A model generated the notes under the pieces. The model did no database searches. It was not told the DNA's origin and saw only the letters and a list, made by a program, of their open reading frames with translations. Made by a program: the position numbers and the translations under genes. A stretch of 64,000 nt of DNA from Clostridia bacterium (lineage in GTDB: Bacteria; Bacillota; Clostridia; Oscillospirales; Acutalibacteraceae), in NCBI GenBank assembly GCA_017437005.1, contig JAFSBZ010000042.1:3397-67396 (forward strand). The letters run 5' to 3'. How positions within the stretch are numbered: position 1 is the first letter of the stretch; every line of letters begins with the position of its first letter. Of this stretch, positions 37,662 through 46,195 are shown in pieces.

Positions 37662-38498
37662 ATGCATACTTTCGCCGATAAAAAATTATTAATGCTAAAA
37701 CCCGACGACATAGTAACAAATCCCAACCAGCCGCGACGTCACTTCGATACATACGAGCTGCAATCCCTTGCCGATTCAATATCGGCAAACGGAATAATAC
37801 AACCGCTTACCGTCAGAAAAGGTGAAAACGGCAAATTTTTGCTTATAGCGGGCGAAAGAAGATTACGCGCCGCAAAAATCGCAGGACTAAGACGTATCCC
37901 CTGTGTGCTACACCGCACAAACGATTTAACCGCATCGCTTTATGCCATTACCGAAAATCTTCAGCGGTGTGACCTTAATTGCTTTGAAGAAGCGCTTGCC
38001 ATCCAATCTCTTATTAATGACTTTCGTCTTACGCAAGCAGAGGTTGCAATACGTCTTGGAATGGCAAATTCTACCATTAGCAACAAACTGCGGCTTTTAA
38101 AATTATCTCCACAAATTCAAGAGCGAATATTGTCGGCAAATTTGACCGAAAGGCACGCAAGGGCGCTTTTGCGACTGCCGCCCGAGCAGCGTGAAAATGC
38201 GCTTGATAAAATAATCGCCGACGGATTAAATCTTACTCAAAGCGAATCGTTGATAGAAGAAATTATTAACCCGACCGCTCTTGAAGACAAAAATCTTGAG
38301 ATATTACAAAAACCAATCAGAAAATCAGCCATTGGTGATATCAAGTTGTTTTCAAACAGCTTGTCAAAACTGCTTTCCACCATGCAAAATGCAGGAATTG
38401 CGGCAAACTCTAAAAAAAGAGAAACCGAAAATTACGTGGAATATAAAGTACGAATATTTAAAAACTCACCTCAGGCTACACAGCTTAAAATTTGTTAA
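37662..38498 (+). CDS. ParB/Noc-family protein (no ParA partner in the window)
   Basis: Has NPNQPRR, GIIQPLTV and LIAGERRLRAAKIAGL, with an HTH at LTQAEVAIRLGMANSTISN. RBS aggagg. Confidence 0.85.
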   Translation: MHTFADKKLLMLKPDDIVTNPNQPRRHFDTYELQSLADSISANGIIQPLTVRKGENGKFLLIAGERRLRAAKIAGLRRIPCVLHRTNDLTASLYAITENLQRCDLNCFEEALAIQSLINDFRLTQAEVAIRLGMANSTISNKLRLLKLSPQIQERILSANLTERHARALLRLPPEQRENALDKIIADGLNLTQSESLIEEIINPTALEDKNLEILQKPIRKSAIGDIKLFSNSLSKLLSTMQNAGIAANSKKRETENYVEYKVRIFKNSPQATQLKIC

Positions 38499-38508
38499 AA
38501 TTCGCTTT

Positions 38509-38581
38509 GATGCCTTCGTCCCCTTGGCATCCGAGCGGTTTTATAAAAGCCTTTGGCGGTTTCTGCACTGCCGTCAAAGGC
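38509..38581. repeat. GC-rich hairpin intergenic element (copy C)
   Basis: Hairpins gatgcc...ggcatc (38509-38531) and gcctttggcgg...ccgtcaaaggc (38549-38581, 11 bp including one G.T pair). Both lie in an otherwise AT-rich spacer. Confidence 0.45.
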
Positions 38582-38600
38582 GCCCACCATATTCATCCCC

Positions 38601-38640
38601 ATACACAAACAACCTCTCTTACGAGAGGTTGTTTGTGTAT
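38601..38640. terminator. bidirectional terminator with a perfect 18-bp stem
   Basis: atacacaaacaacctctc - ttac - gagaggttgtttgtgtat, followed by a T-rich tract. Lies between convergent parB-like and DUF2304 genes. Confidence 0.8.
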
Positions 38641-38644
38641 TGTT

Positions 38645-38998
38645 TTATTTATTGTTTTTTAATTCATCTACTTGTTTTTGCAATAGAGCAACATTTTGTA
38701 TAAGTGTTTTTATTTCGCGATGTTGTTTTGATGCAATTGAAGTGAGGGTTACAACCAAAAGCAGTATAAAGAATATAAATGCCATAAAAATTGCATTTAT
38801 ATATGATGCTACACCTATAACTTCAGCCAAAAACTCTACCAGCTTGGGAAATGCGACCATTATAAGCAAAACAACCGCCATAAACATCCACAAAAGTGAA
38901 TATTTTAAAGTAAAACTCTTTTTTCTAAGTAAAACAAATATCAATACTACATATATCATTATAGCTATCAATAACGATATTCTAAGTCCTAATCCCAT
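38645..38998 (-). CDS. DUF2304 small membrane protein (GacJ-like partner of the GT2)
   Basis: 117 aa. Has LRKKSFTLKYSLLWMF, 3-4 TM segments and a C-terminal coiled tail (LLQKQVDELK). Its start shares a base with the GT2 stop. Confidence 0.75.
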   Translation of the reverse strand: MGLGLRISLLIAIMIYVVLIFVLLRKKSFTLKYSLLWMFMAVVLLIMVAFPKLVEFLAEVIGVASYINAIFMAFIFFILLLVVTLTSIASKQHREIKTLIQNVALLQKQVDELKNNK

Positions 38999-39702
38999 TA
39001 CTTTTTACCACCTTTATATGTTATTCTGTAAAGCAAAATTGCCAATGAAACCTTTATCATATAATAGATCGATTTAAAGGGACTGATCGAGGACACCCCG
39101 CCCTCCCGCTCACGCATAACAACCGGGGCCTCAACAACCTTACCGCCATGCAATGTTACAGCGACGATTGCCTCTGGTTCGGGATAATCGTCGGCATATT
39201 CTTTTGAAAAGAATTCTATATATTTACGATTTGCAACTCTAAAGCCGCTTGTAACGTCCTTTACATTCGCTCCGCAAACCATACGGATAAGTGTGCTTAA
39301 AAAGTTTATTCCAAATCGACGCATACCGCTTGATTGAAACCCCTCTTTAGTGATAAACCGAGAGCCAACCGCCATATCGGCATTCTCTTTTTCTAAAATC
39401 TCTATCATCTGAGAAATATACTGTGGGTCGTGCTGACCATCGCCGTCTATTTGCACCGCATAATCATAGTTGTTACGATGCGCATAGATGTAACCACTTT
39501 GCACACCGCCGCCTATTCCGAGATTGCAACATAAATCTAAATAATTATAATTGTTTTCTTCACAGATTTGTGCTGTGTTATCGGTTGAACAGTCGTTAAT
39601 AACAATATAATCGTATTGTGGGCAATTTTGCTCTATGTCGGCTATAACACGCTCGATATTTTCGCTTTCATTATATGCCGGAATAATAATAAGCACCTTC
39701 AT
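38998..39702 (-). CDS. family 2 glycosyltransferase, polyprenyl-phosphate sugar synthase type (GacI/GtrB-like)
   Basis: Start at MKVLIIIPAYNESENI (39702, RBS agggga). Has DGDGQHDP (DxD). Confidence 0.85.
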   Translation of the reverse strand: MKVLIIIPAYNESENIERVIADIEQNCPQYDYIVINDCSTDNTAQICEENNYNYLDLCCNLGIGGGVQSGYIYAHRNNYDYAVQIDGDGQHDPQYISQMIEILEKENADMAVGSRFITKEGFQSSGMRRFGINFLSTLIRMVCGANVKDVTSGFRVANRKYIEFFSKEYADDYPEPEAIVAVTLHGGKVVEAPVVMREREGGVSSISPFKSIYYMIKVSLAILLYRITYKGGKK

Positions 39703-39716
39703 TTTACTTCCCCTTT

Positions 39717-40847
39717 TTATTTTACTAAACTTTCTAATTTTTCTGCAGTTTTCTGCCAAGTAAAGCCATCTAAAAGCTTTTGATATGCATTATCACAAGC
39801 CGTGCTGCGATATTCTTTATTAAGCGCCTTTTCTATAGCAAGCTTTGTTTCTTGCGCCGAATTACCCATCGTTATTATACCATATTCGTCGCTTGTTATA
39901 AGTTCGCGCGCACCGCCGTTATAGGTGGTTATAACAAATGTATTGGTAGCTACTGCCTCTAATACAGACGTAGACATTCCCTCCGACACCGAGGGTAAGC
40001 AATATATATCCGACTGCCTTAAAAGTGAAATAATATGCTCAAAATCAACCTGACCTAAAAATATGATGTTGTTGGTTGAGTGTTTTTTAAGCTCGTCCAT
40101 TTCGGGACCGTCGCCTGCGTAGATTAAATATACATCGTCGCGGTTAAGCGCATTATACGCATCAAGCAGTTCGTAAACGCCCTTTATTTTAAGCAATCTT
40201 CCAGTAAAGGCTATCACAGTTGCATCATCAGGAATATTCAATTCATTTTTATAATCGCAAACGGGCTTGGCCTCTAATTGTTTTATGTTTTCTATATCAA
40301 CAGCATTGTAAAGCGTTCCCTTGGATTTTATACCAAAATGCTCCGACCACTTGCCTGCCGCATTTGACACAGCGTAATAATCTTTACATTTTTTCTTTAG
40401 CAGCATAGTTACAAAATGCTCAACGTGCGCAACAGCAAAATCTAAAATTTTATTGTCTACCGAAAGATGTGTAGAGCCGTGTTCAATCGTTATACATTTA
40501 ATTCTTTTTTTGTTTGCAAAATTTGCCGCATAAAGACTATGAATATAGAATCTTGCATTTATAACAACTAAATCAAAATGCTTATGTGACAGTTTTTCAT
40601 CCAACTCTTTAAATTTTGCATTTTTGTTTAAAATCGGATATCTGCCCTTCATAAAATTATAACACGGCATACGGAATATTTCTATTCCGTTTTCATCAAC
40701 TTCATAATAAGGCAAATCAAAAACATTTGATGTTACAACCGTAACCGAATGACCGAGTTTTAAAAGTTGCTTTGAAAGATTATAAACGTATCGCTCAACG
40801 CCACCAAGATTGGGTAGATAGTTAGCACAAAAAAGACAAAAATTCAT
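39717..40847 (-). CDS. family 4 (GT-B) glycosyltransferase
   Basis: Has YLPNLGGVERYV and SEGMSTSVLEAVA (EX7E). Confidence 0.85.
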   Translation of the reverse strand: MNFCLFCANYLPNLGGVERYVYNLSKQLLKLGHSVTVVTSNVFDLPYYEVDENGIEIFRMPCYNFMKGRYPILNKNAKFKELDEKLSHKHFDLVVINARFYIHSLYAANFANKKRIKCITIEHGSTHLSVDNKILDFAVAHVEHFVTMLLKKKCKDYYAVSNAAGKWSEHFGIKSKGTLYNAVDIENIKQLEAKPVCDYKNELNIPDDATVIAFTGRLLKIKGVYELLDAYNALNRDDVYLIYAGDGPEMDELKKHSTNNIIFLGQVDFEHIISLLRQSDIYCLPSVSEGMSTSVLEAVATNTFVITTYNGGARELITSDEYGIITMGNSAQETKLAIEKALNKEYRSTACDNAYQKLLDGFTWQKTAEKLESLVK

Positions 40848-40861
40848 AAAACATCACTCTA

Positions 40862-42817
40862 TTATTGTATTATTAAAGATAAGCAATATATCATTACAAC
40901 CATATTCATAGCGCTTGCGGCAAATATAAGCCTTGATCCGATATTCTTTTTGGTAACAATTGTATTATTTCTTGCAGCAACAATGAGTAATGGCAGCGCC
41001 GGTATAAAATATCTACCCTGAACACCTAATATCTGTGTGCTTCCCATAGGCGTCCAATCTATCAGCAAAAGCATTTCTACCAACAGGAATACTATACCGA
41101 ACAATACAACCGAATAAATTCTTTCCAAAAATCTAAACGGAGTCGGTTCGTCCTCACTACGCATAAACGACAACGCCACCAATACAAAAAACGGAATCGC
41201 CATAAACCACGGGGTTTGCATCTCGAAAAATCCAAAATATGAGATTATAGATTTAGCATAAAAATCTCCCAATTCGACAATTGTATTAAACAGCATATTT
41301 ATGACCTGAGGTATATGCGCAAAAATATATGATAGATTAAATCCGGTTGTTTCAGAATTGGTAACTGTATCCGCCGTTAATTTAGATGCGTTTTGCATTT
41401 GTAATATCAATATTGATGCAACCGCTATTACACCGATTATACATTTAAACGCAAAATGCCATTTTGGTTTTGCAAAACGGTCTTTAGGTATTATTAGTAA
41501 CAGTGCAGCAACACCTATGTAAACAACCTTTTGCGGAATAACCAAAACTATCATAAGAGTCAGCAATAACAATTGTTTCCATCCGATTGTTTTTTTATCA
41601 TATATAAGCTTAATAATATACGCAAAAACAAGCAATACACCACCATAAGTAAACGCATCATACGACATTGATGACATAATGTGGAGGTTAATAGGCAATA
41701 AAGAAATTGCCGCTAATCCTGTTTTTCCAAACGGTATAATTTTGATTGCAAAATAAATCATCACTATGCATTGAATAATATTAAACAATCTTCCTATTTG
41801 AAATGTCCAATATGGACCTATACCTAAAATTCTAGACAATGAAATACCAATAGAAGGCACCAGATAAACAACTGTCTTATTCGTCATATATCCATAATTT
41901 GTAGTTATTATTTCATTGTCATTACAAGATAAACGATTATAATCACCATCGATTATATAGTCTTGTGTATATAATGAATTGTTTCCGTGACTGCAATAAT
42001 CATAATCATCCGCTCTCATACGAAGTGCCCATTGTTCATCTTTAAAATCAAGCATTAGCTGATTTGAAACATGGTATGCTGCCCTATAATGAGAAAACTC
42101 ATCGGGCACCGTAAAAGGTGGAAAAATGAATAAACACGCCACACAGAAAAAAGCCAACATCATAGCGCAGAGTCCGGATATACTTATCTTTTTATATTTA
42201 ACAAGCAAAACAAAAGCAGAAAGAAACAATATTCCGACAATAACAAATACCCAATATAAAGTGTACTTTAGCTGGTTTCTCATTGTGCGTACGTCTACTA
42301 CTATATTGGTAGACATTTGTTTTCCGTCAAGTGTACATTTGCTGTTTTCTATCACTGTTGAACTGTTTGTTGAAACAGTGAAATCCCCGTCCTGAGCAGT
42401 AAGCTTTATTTTTAGTTCTGATTCTTTATCAAGCATAATCTCTTTTGGCAAATCTATGTAAGTGTATCCACTTAAATTTATATCTGCTGCCGAGAGAGTT
42501 GTTTCTGTTTTTTGATCGACATATTCAAGATTTATCTTGATATTACATTTGGGTGACACTCCACTTATAAACATTCCCAGTTGTTTGTAAGATAGTGTCT
42601 TAATTTTATATTGTTGTGTTACAGTTTGCCCTTCGGATACCGTTATTCTATCATCAAAACCGGTTACCTCCCCTACTGTATAGGAATGTTTGGGAAGATT
42701 TTTGTTATTGTTTATTCTATAGCAATAAAAAGCAACCGCTACCGCAAGAACAGCCAAAATAATTGTTATTGCACATATCAAACTTTTTTTCTTCTCCAAA
42801 AACTCAAACACCTTCAT
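40862..42817 (-). CDS. polytopic GT-C-like membrane glycosyltransferase candidate (DUF2142-like, GacL-like position)
   Basis: 651 aa. One TM, then an extracytoplasmic domain of about 170 aa, then more than 10 TM segments. The PDEFSHY motif follows the second TM segment (the first helix of the polytopic block). Very AT-rich. Confidence 0.6.
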   Translation of the reverse strand: MKVFEFLEKKKSLICAITIILAVLAVAVAFYCYRINNNKNLPKHSYTVGEVTGFDDRITVSEGQTVTQQYKIKTLSYKQLGMFISGVSPKCNIKINLEYVDQKTETTLSAADINLSGYTYIDLPKEIMLDKESELKIKLTAQDGDFTVSTNSSTVIENSKCTLDGKQMSTNIVVDVRTMRNQLKYTLYWVFVIVGILFLSAFVLLVKYKKISISGLCAMMLAFFCVACLFIFPPFTVPDEFSHYRAAYHVSNQLMLDFKDEQWALRMRADDYDYCSHGNNSLYTQDYIIDGDYNRLSCNDNEIITTNYGYMTNKTVVYLVPSIGISLSRILGIGPYWTFQIGRLFNIIQCIVMIYFAIKIIPFGKTGLAAISLLPINLHIMSSMSYDAFTYGGVLLVFAYIIKLIYDKKTIGWKQLLLLTLMIVLVIPQKVVYIGVAALLLIIPKDRFAKPKWHFAFKCIIGVIAVASILILQMQNASKLTADTVTNSETTGFNLSYIFAHIPQVINMLFNTIVELGDFYAKSIISYFGFFEMQTPWFMAIPFFVLVALSFMRSEDEPTPFRFLERIYSVVLFGIVFLLVEMLLLIDWTPMGSTQILGVQGRYFIPALPLLIVAARNNTIVTKKNIGSRLIFAASAMNMVVMIYCLSLIIQ

Positions 42818-44063
42818 TTTTAACGCCCCTATTAATATTAATTACAAACAATACAAACATCACAGCAAAAAGCAATACCATCTCGCAAAGATACGAAAGT
42901 GCTGCCCCCATAAGTCCCCATTTTTTTGTCATTATATCGGGCGCCACAAGTGCAAAAGCTGTTGTAACCCCGTAAGCTACAAGACACAGCACTTGTTTTC
43001 TCATAGTTGTAAACAGCGTCAACGTTAATGTGCTTGCAGCACTGAATCCACCCGAAAGCAATAACACCATAAATATGGATCTTTTATCAGAAAGGTTAGT
43101 GTTATAAAGCAATTCTAACACGGGTATTCCCAACAAATATCCACCAAGCAGTGCCGCAACAGTAACCAGCACTACCCACAAATAAAGCTTAACCACCATT
43201 TTTTTAAAACTTTTTATATTTCCGCTTACCCAATCAGACGAAAGAGTAATAAGCTGCGGTCTAAAAACAAACAAGCTTAAAAGATTTATTACAAAAACAG
43301 GCATAACTAAATAACCGTAATGTGCCTGCTCGATTTTGTTTAAGGTTAGTTCAATTGCATACTTAGGAGAATTAAAAATATATTGGTGCAGAAACGATGC
43401 TAAAAATAGCGGTAGCGCACATAAAAACATATTTTTTTGTGTTTTTAAATCAAATCGTGGCCTAAACGCAGCAAAATTATTATTATACGGCACATCATAC
43501 ACAAAAATCCATATGATCACTGCTATAGGCATAACGGCTACAGCGTAAAGTAAATTCTTTGTAATAATAAGGGTTGAAGAAAATGCAACTGCCATCAAAA
43601 GCACCTGACAGGCAAGTGATTTCCCTGCTATGCTAAGATATCCGTTTCGATGTAAATTTCCTTGAAAAAGATCCGACAAAGCGCTAAAGGTCATATAGAT
43701 TGTAATCGCTATCATTATGAGAATTGTGTCTCTTTCAAAACGGCGAACAACGACAAACACTGCAAAAAAAATCCACGTAATTGCTATGGTTATAAGTCTA
43801 AACATTGCAATGTGTTCAAACGAAAACTCGCGTTTTGCATCAGTAACCTGAATATTGCGCATTTCAAAAACACAAATAGTATACATCATTTGAGCAGTCG
43901 AATATGCAATCGAAAACACACCTGCTACCGCATCACCAGTAACATAACTAACAACAATCATCAACACGAGTGACACCAGCGCATTTGTAAGACTACCTAT
44001 CATATTAAATATAAAATTATTTTTTTGAGATTCCTGAGGCAATTTATAAACAAAACTTTTCAT
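42804..44063 (-). CDS. oligosaccharide/polysaccharide flippase (MOP/Wzx family)
   Basis: 419 aa with about 12 TM segments. RBS ggagga. First gene of the operon. Confidence 0.75.
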   Translation of the reverse strand: MKSFVYKLPQESQKNNFIFNMIGSLTNALVSLVLMIVVSYVTGDAVAGVFSIAYSTAQMMYTICVFEMRNIQVTDAKREFSFEHIAMFRLITIAITWIFFAVFVVVRRFERDTILIMIAITIYMTFSALSDLFQGNLHRNGYLSIAGKSLACQVLLMAVAFSSTLIITKNLLYAVAVMPIAVIIWIFVYDVPYNNNFAAFRPRFDLKTQKNMFLCALPLFLASFLHQYIFNSPKYAIELTLNKIEQAHYGYLVMPVFVINLLSLFVFRPQLITLSSDWVSGNIKSFKKMVVKLYLWVVLVTVAALLGGYLLGIPVLELLYNTNLSDKRSIFMVLLLSGGFSAASTLTLTLFTTMRKQVLCLVAYGVTTAFALVAPDIMTKKWGLMGAALSYLCEMVLLFAVMFVLFVININRGVKNEGV

Positions 44064-44092
44064 ATATCCTCCAAGACTATATAGTCAATCGT

Positions 44093-44121
44093 ATTATATC
44101 ACAGCATTGCTTTTTTTTCAA
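44093..44121 (-). promoter_or_regulatory. promoter of the flippase/GT operon
   Basis: On the minus strand: TTGAAA (44116-44121), 17 nt, then TGaTATAAT, an extended -10 (TATAAT at 44093-44098). Confidence 0.6.
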
Positions 44122-44126
44122 TATTC

Positions 44127-44170
44127 TTCTGTTGTGTTTTTGTTGTGCTTCTGTTGTGTTTTTGTTGTGC
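44127..44170. repeat. perfect 22-bp tandem direct repeat x2 between divergent promoters
   Basis: ttctgttgtgtttttgttgtgc occurs at 44127-44148 and 44149-44170. This gives four GTTGTG motifs at an 11-bp period. Confidence 0.9.
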
Positions 44171-44181
44171 GGGTTGTTTGG

Positions 44182-44210
44182 TTGACAAAACAGCTGTGTT
44201 TTGATATACT
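44182..44210 (+). promoter_or_regulatory. promoter of licD
   Basis: TTGACA (44182-44187), 17 nt, TATACT (44205-44210). The spacer contains the hairpin caaaaca-gctg-tgttttg. Confidence 0.6.
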
Positions 44211-44253
44211 TTGATCGTACAATAAACATTATCTTTTGTAGGGGTTGATAATT

Positions 44254-45126
44254 TTGGCAGGGCAGTACGATCCGGAAATTTTAAGAAAACTTCAATTGTG
44301 CGAGCTTGAAATTTTAAATGATTTTATTAAGGTTTGTGAAGAAAATAATCTCACATATTTTGGCTTTGGCGGAACCGGTATCGGCGCACTAAGGCACGGT
44401 GGATTCATCCCGTGGGATGATGATATCGACCTTTGTATACCACGTGCCGATTATGTAAAGGCGATGGAAATTTTTGAACGCGACTTTGCCGATAAATACA
44501 CGGTTGTAAGCGCAGAAAAATTCAATGATTTTCCCGTTATGAATACCCATATTATAATAAACGATTCTAAATTCATAACCGCAGAAGATAAACGTGGTAA
44601 TTATCCTAAAGGAATTTTTTTGGATATTTTTCCTGTTGACAATGCACCTGCTGATGAAACACTTAGAAAAAAATATATGCGCAAGGCTTGGTTTTTAAGT
44701 AAGCTATTAATTTTAAAGCATCTCCCTTTTCCAAATCTACCTCTTACAGGAATTAAAGCAAAAATTGCTCACTGCGTTACAGCAACTGCCTGGTTGTTTC
44801 TTAATGTTTTTTTTATTTCGCATAAATTTCTTTACAATCTTTGCCTTAAAGAGTGCACAAAATACAACCATCAGGAAACAGGTGTATGGGCATATAGCTG
44901 CGACACCGTTGCCGATGCTTCTGTTTTTGTAAAGAGTAAATCCTTACCTCTTAGAAAAGAAAAATTTGAAAATATAGAAATTTGTTTTCCAAATAACCTT
45001 GAGGAAAATCTTACCGCGCTTTATGGCGACTATATGCAAATTCCTCCTCCTGAAAAACGACACAATCACCGTCCTGATGTGTTAGAATTTCCAACCGAAA
45101 AGCCACAAAAGAATATAAACAATTGA
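44254..45126 (+). CDS. licD: LicD-family phosphotransferase
   Basis: Has LRHGGFIPWDDDIDLCIPR. There is no in-frame ATG near the 5' end. TTG 44254 lies 9 nt after agggg, and TTG 44245 is the alternative. Confidence 0.8.
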   Translation: MAGQYDPEILRKLQLCELEILNDFIKVCEENNLTYFGFGGTGIGALRHGGFIPWDDDIDLCIPRADYVKAMEIFERDFADKYTVVSAEKFNDFPVMNTHIIINDSKFITAEDKRGNYPKGIFLDIFPVDNAPADETLRKKYMRKAWFLSKLLILKHLPFPNLPLTGIKAKIAHCVTATAWLFLNVFFISHKFLYNLCLKECTKYNHQETGVWAYSCDTVADASVFVKSKSLPLRKEKFENIEICFPNNLEENLTALYGDYMQIPPPEKRHNHRPDVLEFPTEKPQKNINN

Positions 45127-45136
45127 TTGCACGCCA

Positions 45137-45172
45137 AAGGGCATCCGAAAAAAACGGATGCCCTTTTGTTTT
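45137..45172. terminator. bidirectional rho-independent terminator
   Basis: Stem aagggcatccg/cggatgccctt followed by ttgttttttt. Confidence 0.75.
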
Positions 45173-45173
45173 T

Positions 45174-45986
45174 TTATTTACGTATAGAAATGGATTTTTG
45201 CATTAATTCGTGAATTTTATCGCCTATTTCTACGGTGTGCGTGTTGTCGGCGGTATCAATTACCTCTAACACATCAAAATATATATCTGTTTTTCGTTTT
45301 AGTAAATTCTTTGGTATATCCTTTGTTCCCCAAAGAGTGCAAACCACAATCTTAGCCTGTGATTTTGTGGCTATTTTTAAAGCTCCGTTACGTATGGGTA
45401 GCAACTCGCCGCTAAGGCTTACATAACCTTCGGGGAAAACGGCAACCGAATTAGTTTTTTCTTTAATAAGTCGCGCTGCGCTTATTATAGTTTTGGCTGC
45501 TTCGCGGTTGTTTTCACGGTCGATAGGTAGTCCGCTTAATTTATGTAACGCTTTATAAATAAACGGAAATAAATCGCGCACTTCTTTTTTCCCTATAAAA
45601 GCGAGACGTGCGTTGGGAACTGCATAATAAATTATTGCAGGATCAAGATCATGTATATGATTACTTACAAGCAAAAACGGTTCGTCCTGAGGAATTTTTT
45701 CAAGCCCTGTCATATGCACCTTAACTCTAAGTAGTGGCAAAGCCATCTGTAAAAAGCCATTAACCATTAAACGAAAGAAATCGGTGTCTTGCGGGGGTTT
45801 GTTGAGATTAACGGTTAGTATACTTATGGCAAATACTGAAATATGCAAAATTACAAGTACAACAAAGCTTGATATTAACAAAACAGGTACGAGCCACCAA
45901 GAATGTGGCTGACCGAAAATTTCAAAAGGGATGTCCAACAACAGTGTTATAACCGCTGCTAAAAATGCGTAAATTTTAAAAATCAT
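45174..45986 (-). CDS. plsC: 1-acyl-sn-glycerol-3-phosphate acyltransferase
   Basis: Start at ATG 45986 (MIFKIY) after gagagg. The longer ORF would begin at a TTG. Has NHIHDLD (HX4D) and FPEG. Confidence 0.85.
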   Translation of the reverse strand: MIFKIYAFLAAVITLLLDIPFEIFGQPHSWWLVPVLLISSFVVLVILHISVFAISILTVNLNKPPQDTDFFRLMVNGFLQMALPLLRVKVHMTGLEKIPQDEPFLLVSNHIHDLDPAIIYYAVPNARLAFIGKKEVRDLFPFIYKALHKLSGLPIDRENNREAAKTIISAARLIKEKTNSVAVFPEGYVSLSGELLPIRNGALKIATKSQAKIVVCTLWGTKDIPKNLLKRKTDIYFDVLEVIDTADNTHTVEIGDKIHELMQKSISIRK

Positions 45987-45996
45987 TTTTTGCCTC

Positions 45997-46182
45997 TCAA
46001 TTCTGTTTTTGAACAATTTTATATTCGTCGTAAAAATTATAATACGGGCAATTAAAGGTTTGCGAGGTTAAAAACTTTGCCATTTCATCCTCATCAAGAC
46101 GACAATCACAAAAATATTCATCATATTCTGCGTCGTATATATAATTGGCGCAGGTTTCGCAATTTGTACTTTTGCTTTTCAC
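45997..46182 (-). CDS. small Cys-rich protein (61 aa; DUF6472-like by memory)
   Basis: GTG 46182 lies 8 nt after aaaggag. The sequence is CETCANYIYDAEYDEYFCDCRLDEDEMAKFL...CPYYNFYDEY. Confidence 0.55.
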   Translation of the reverse strand: MKSKSTNCETCANYIYDAEYDEYFCDCRLDEDEMAKFLTSQTFNCPYYNFYDEYKIVQKQN

Positions 46183-46195
46183 GAGCGCATCTCCT

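Noticed and set aside
38281-39077. Plus-strand ORFs 38281-38703 and 38553-39077 spanning the parB 3' end, terminator and DUF2304 gene
   Set aside because: They cross an 18-bp perfect terminator stem and are antisense to the DUF2304 and GT2 genes. They have no RBS and low-complexity hydrophobic products.
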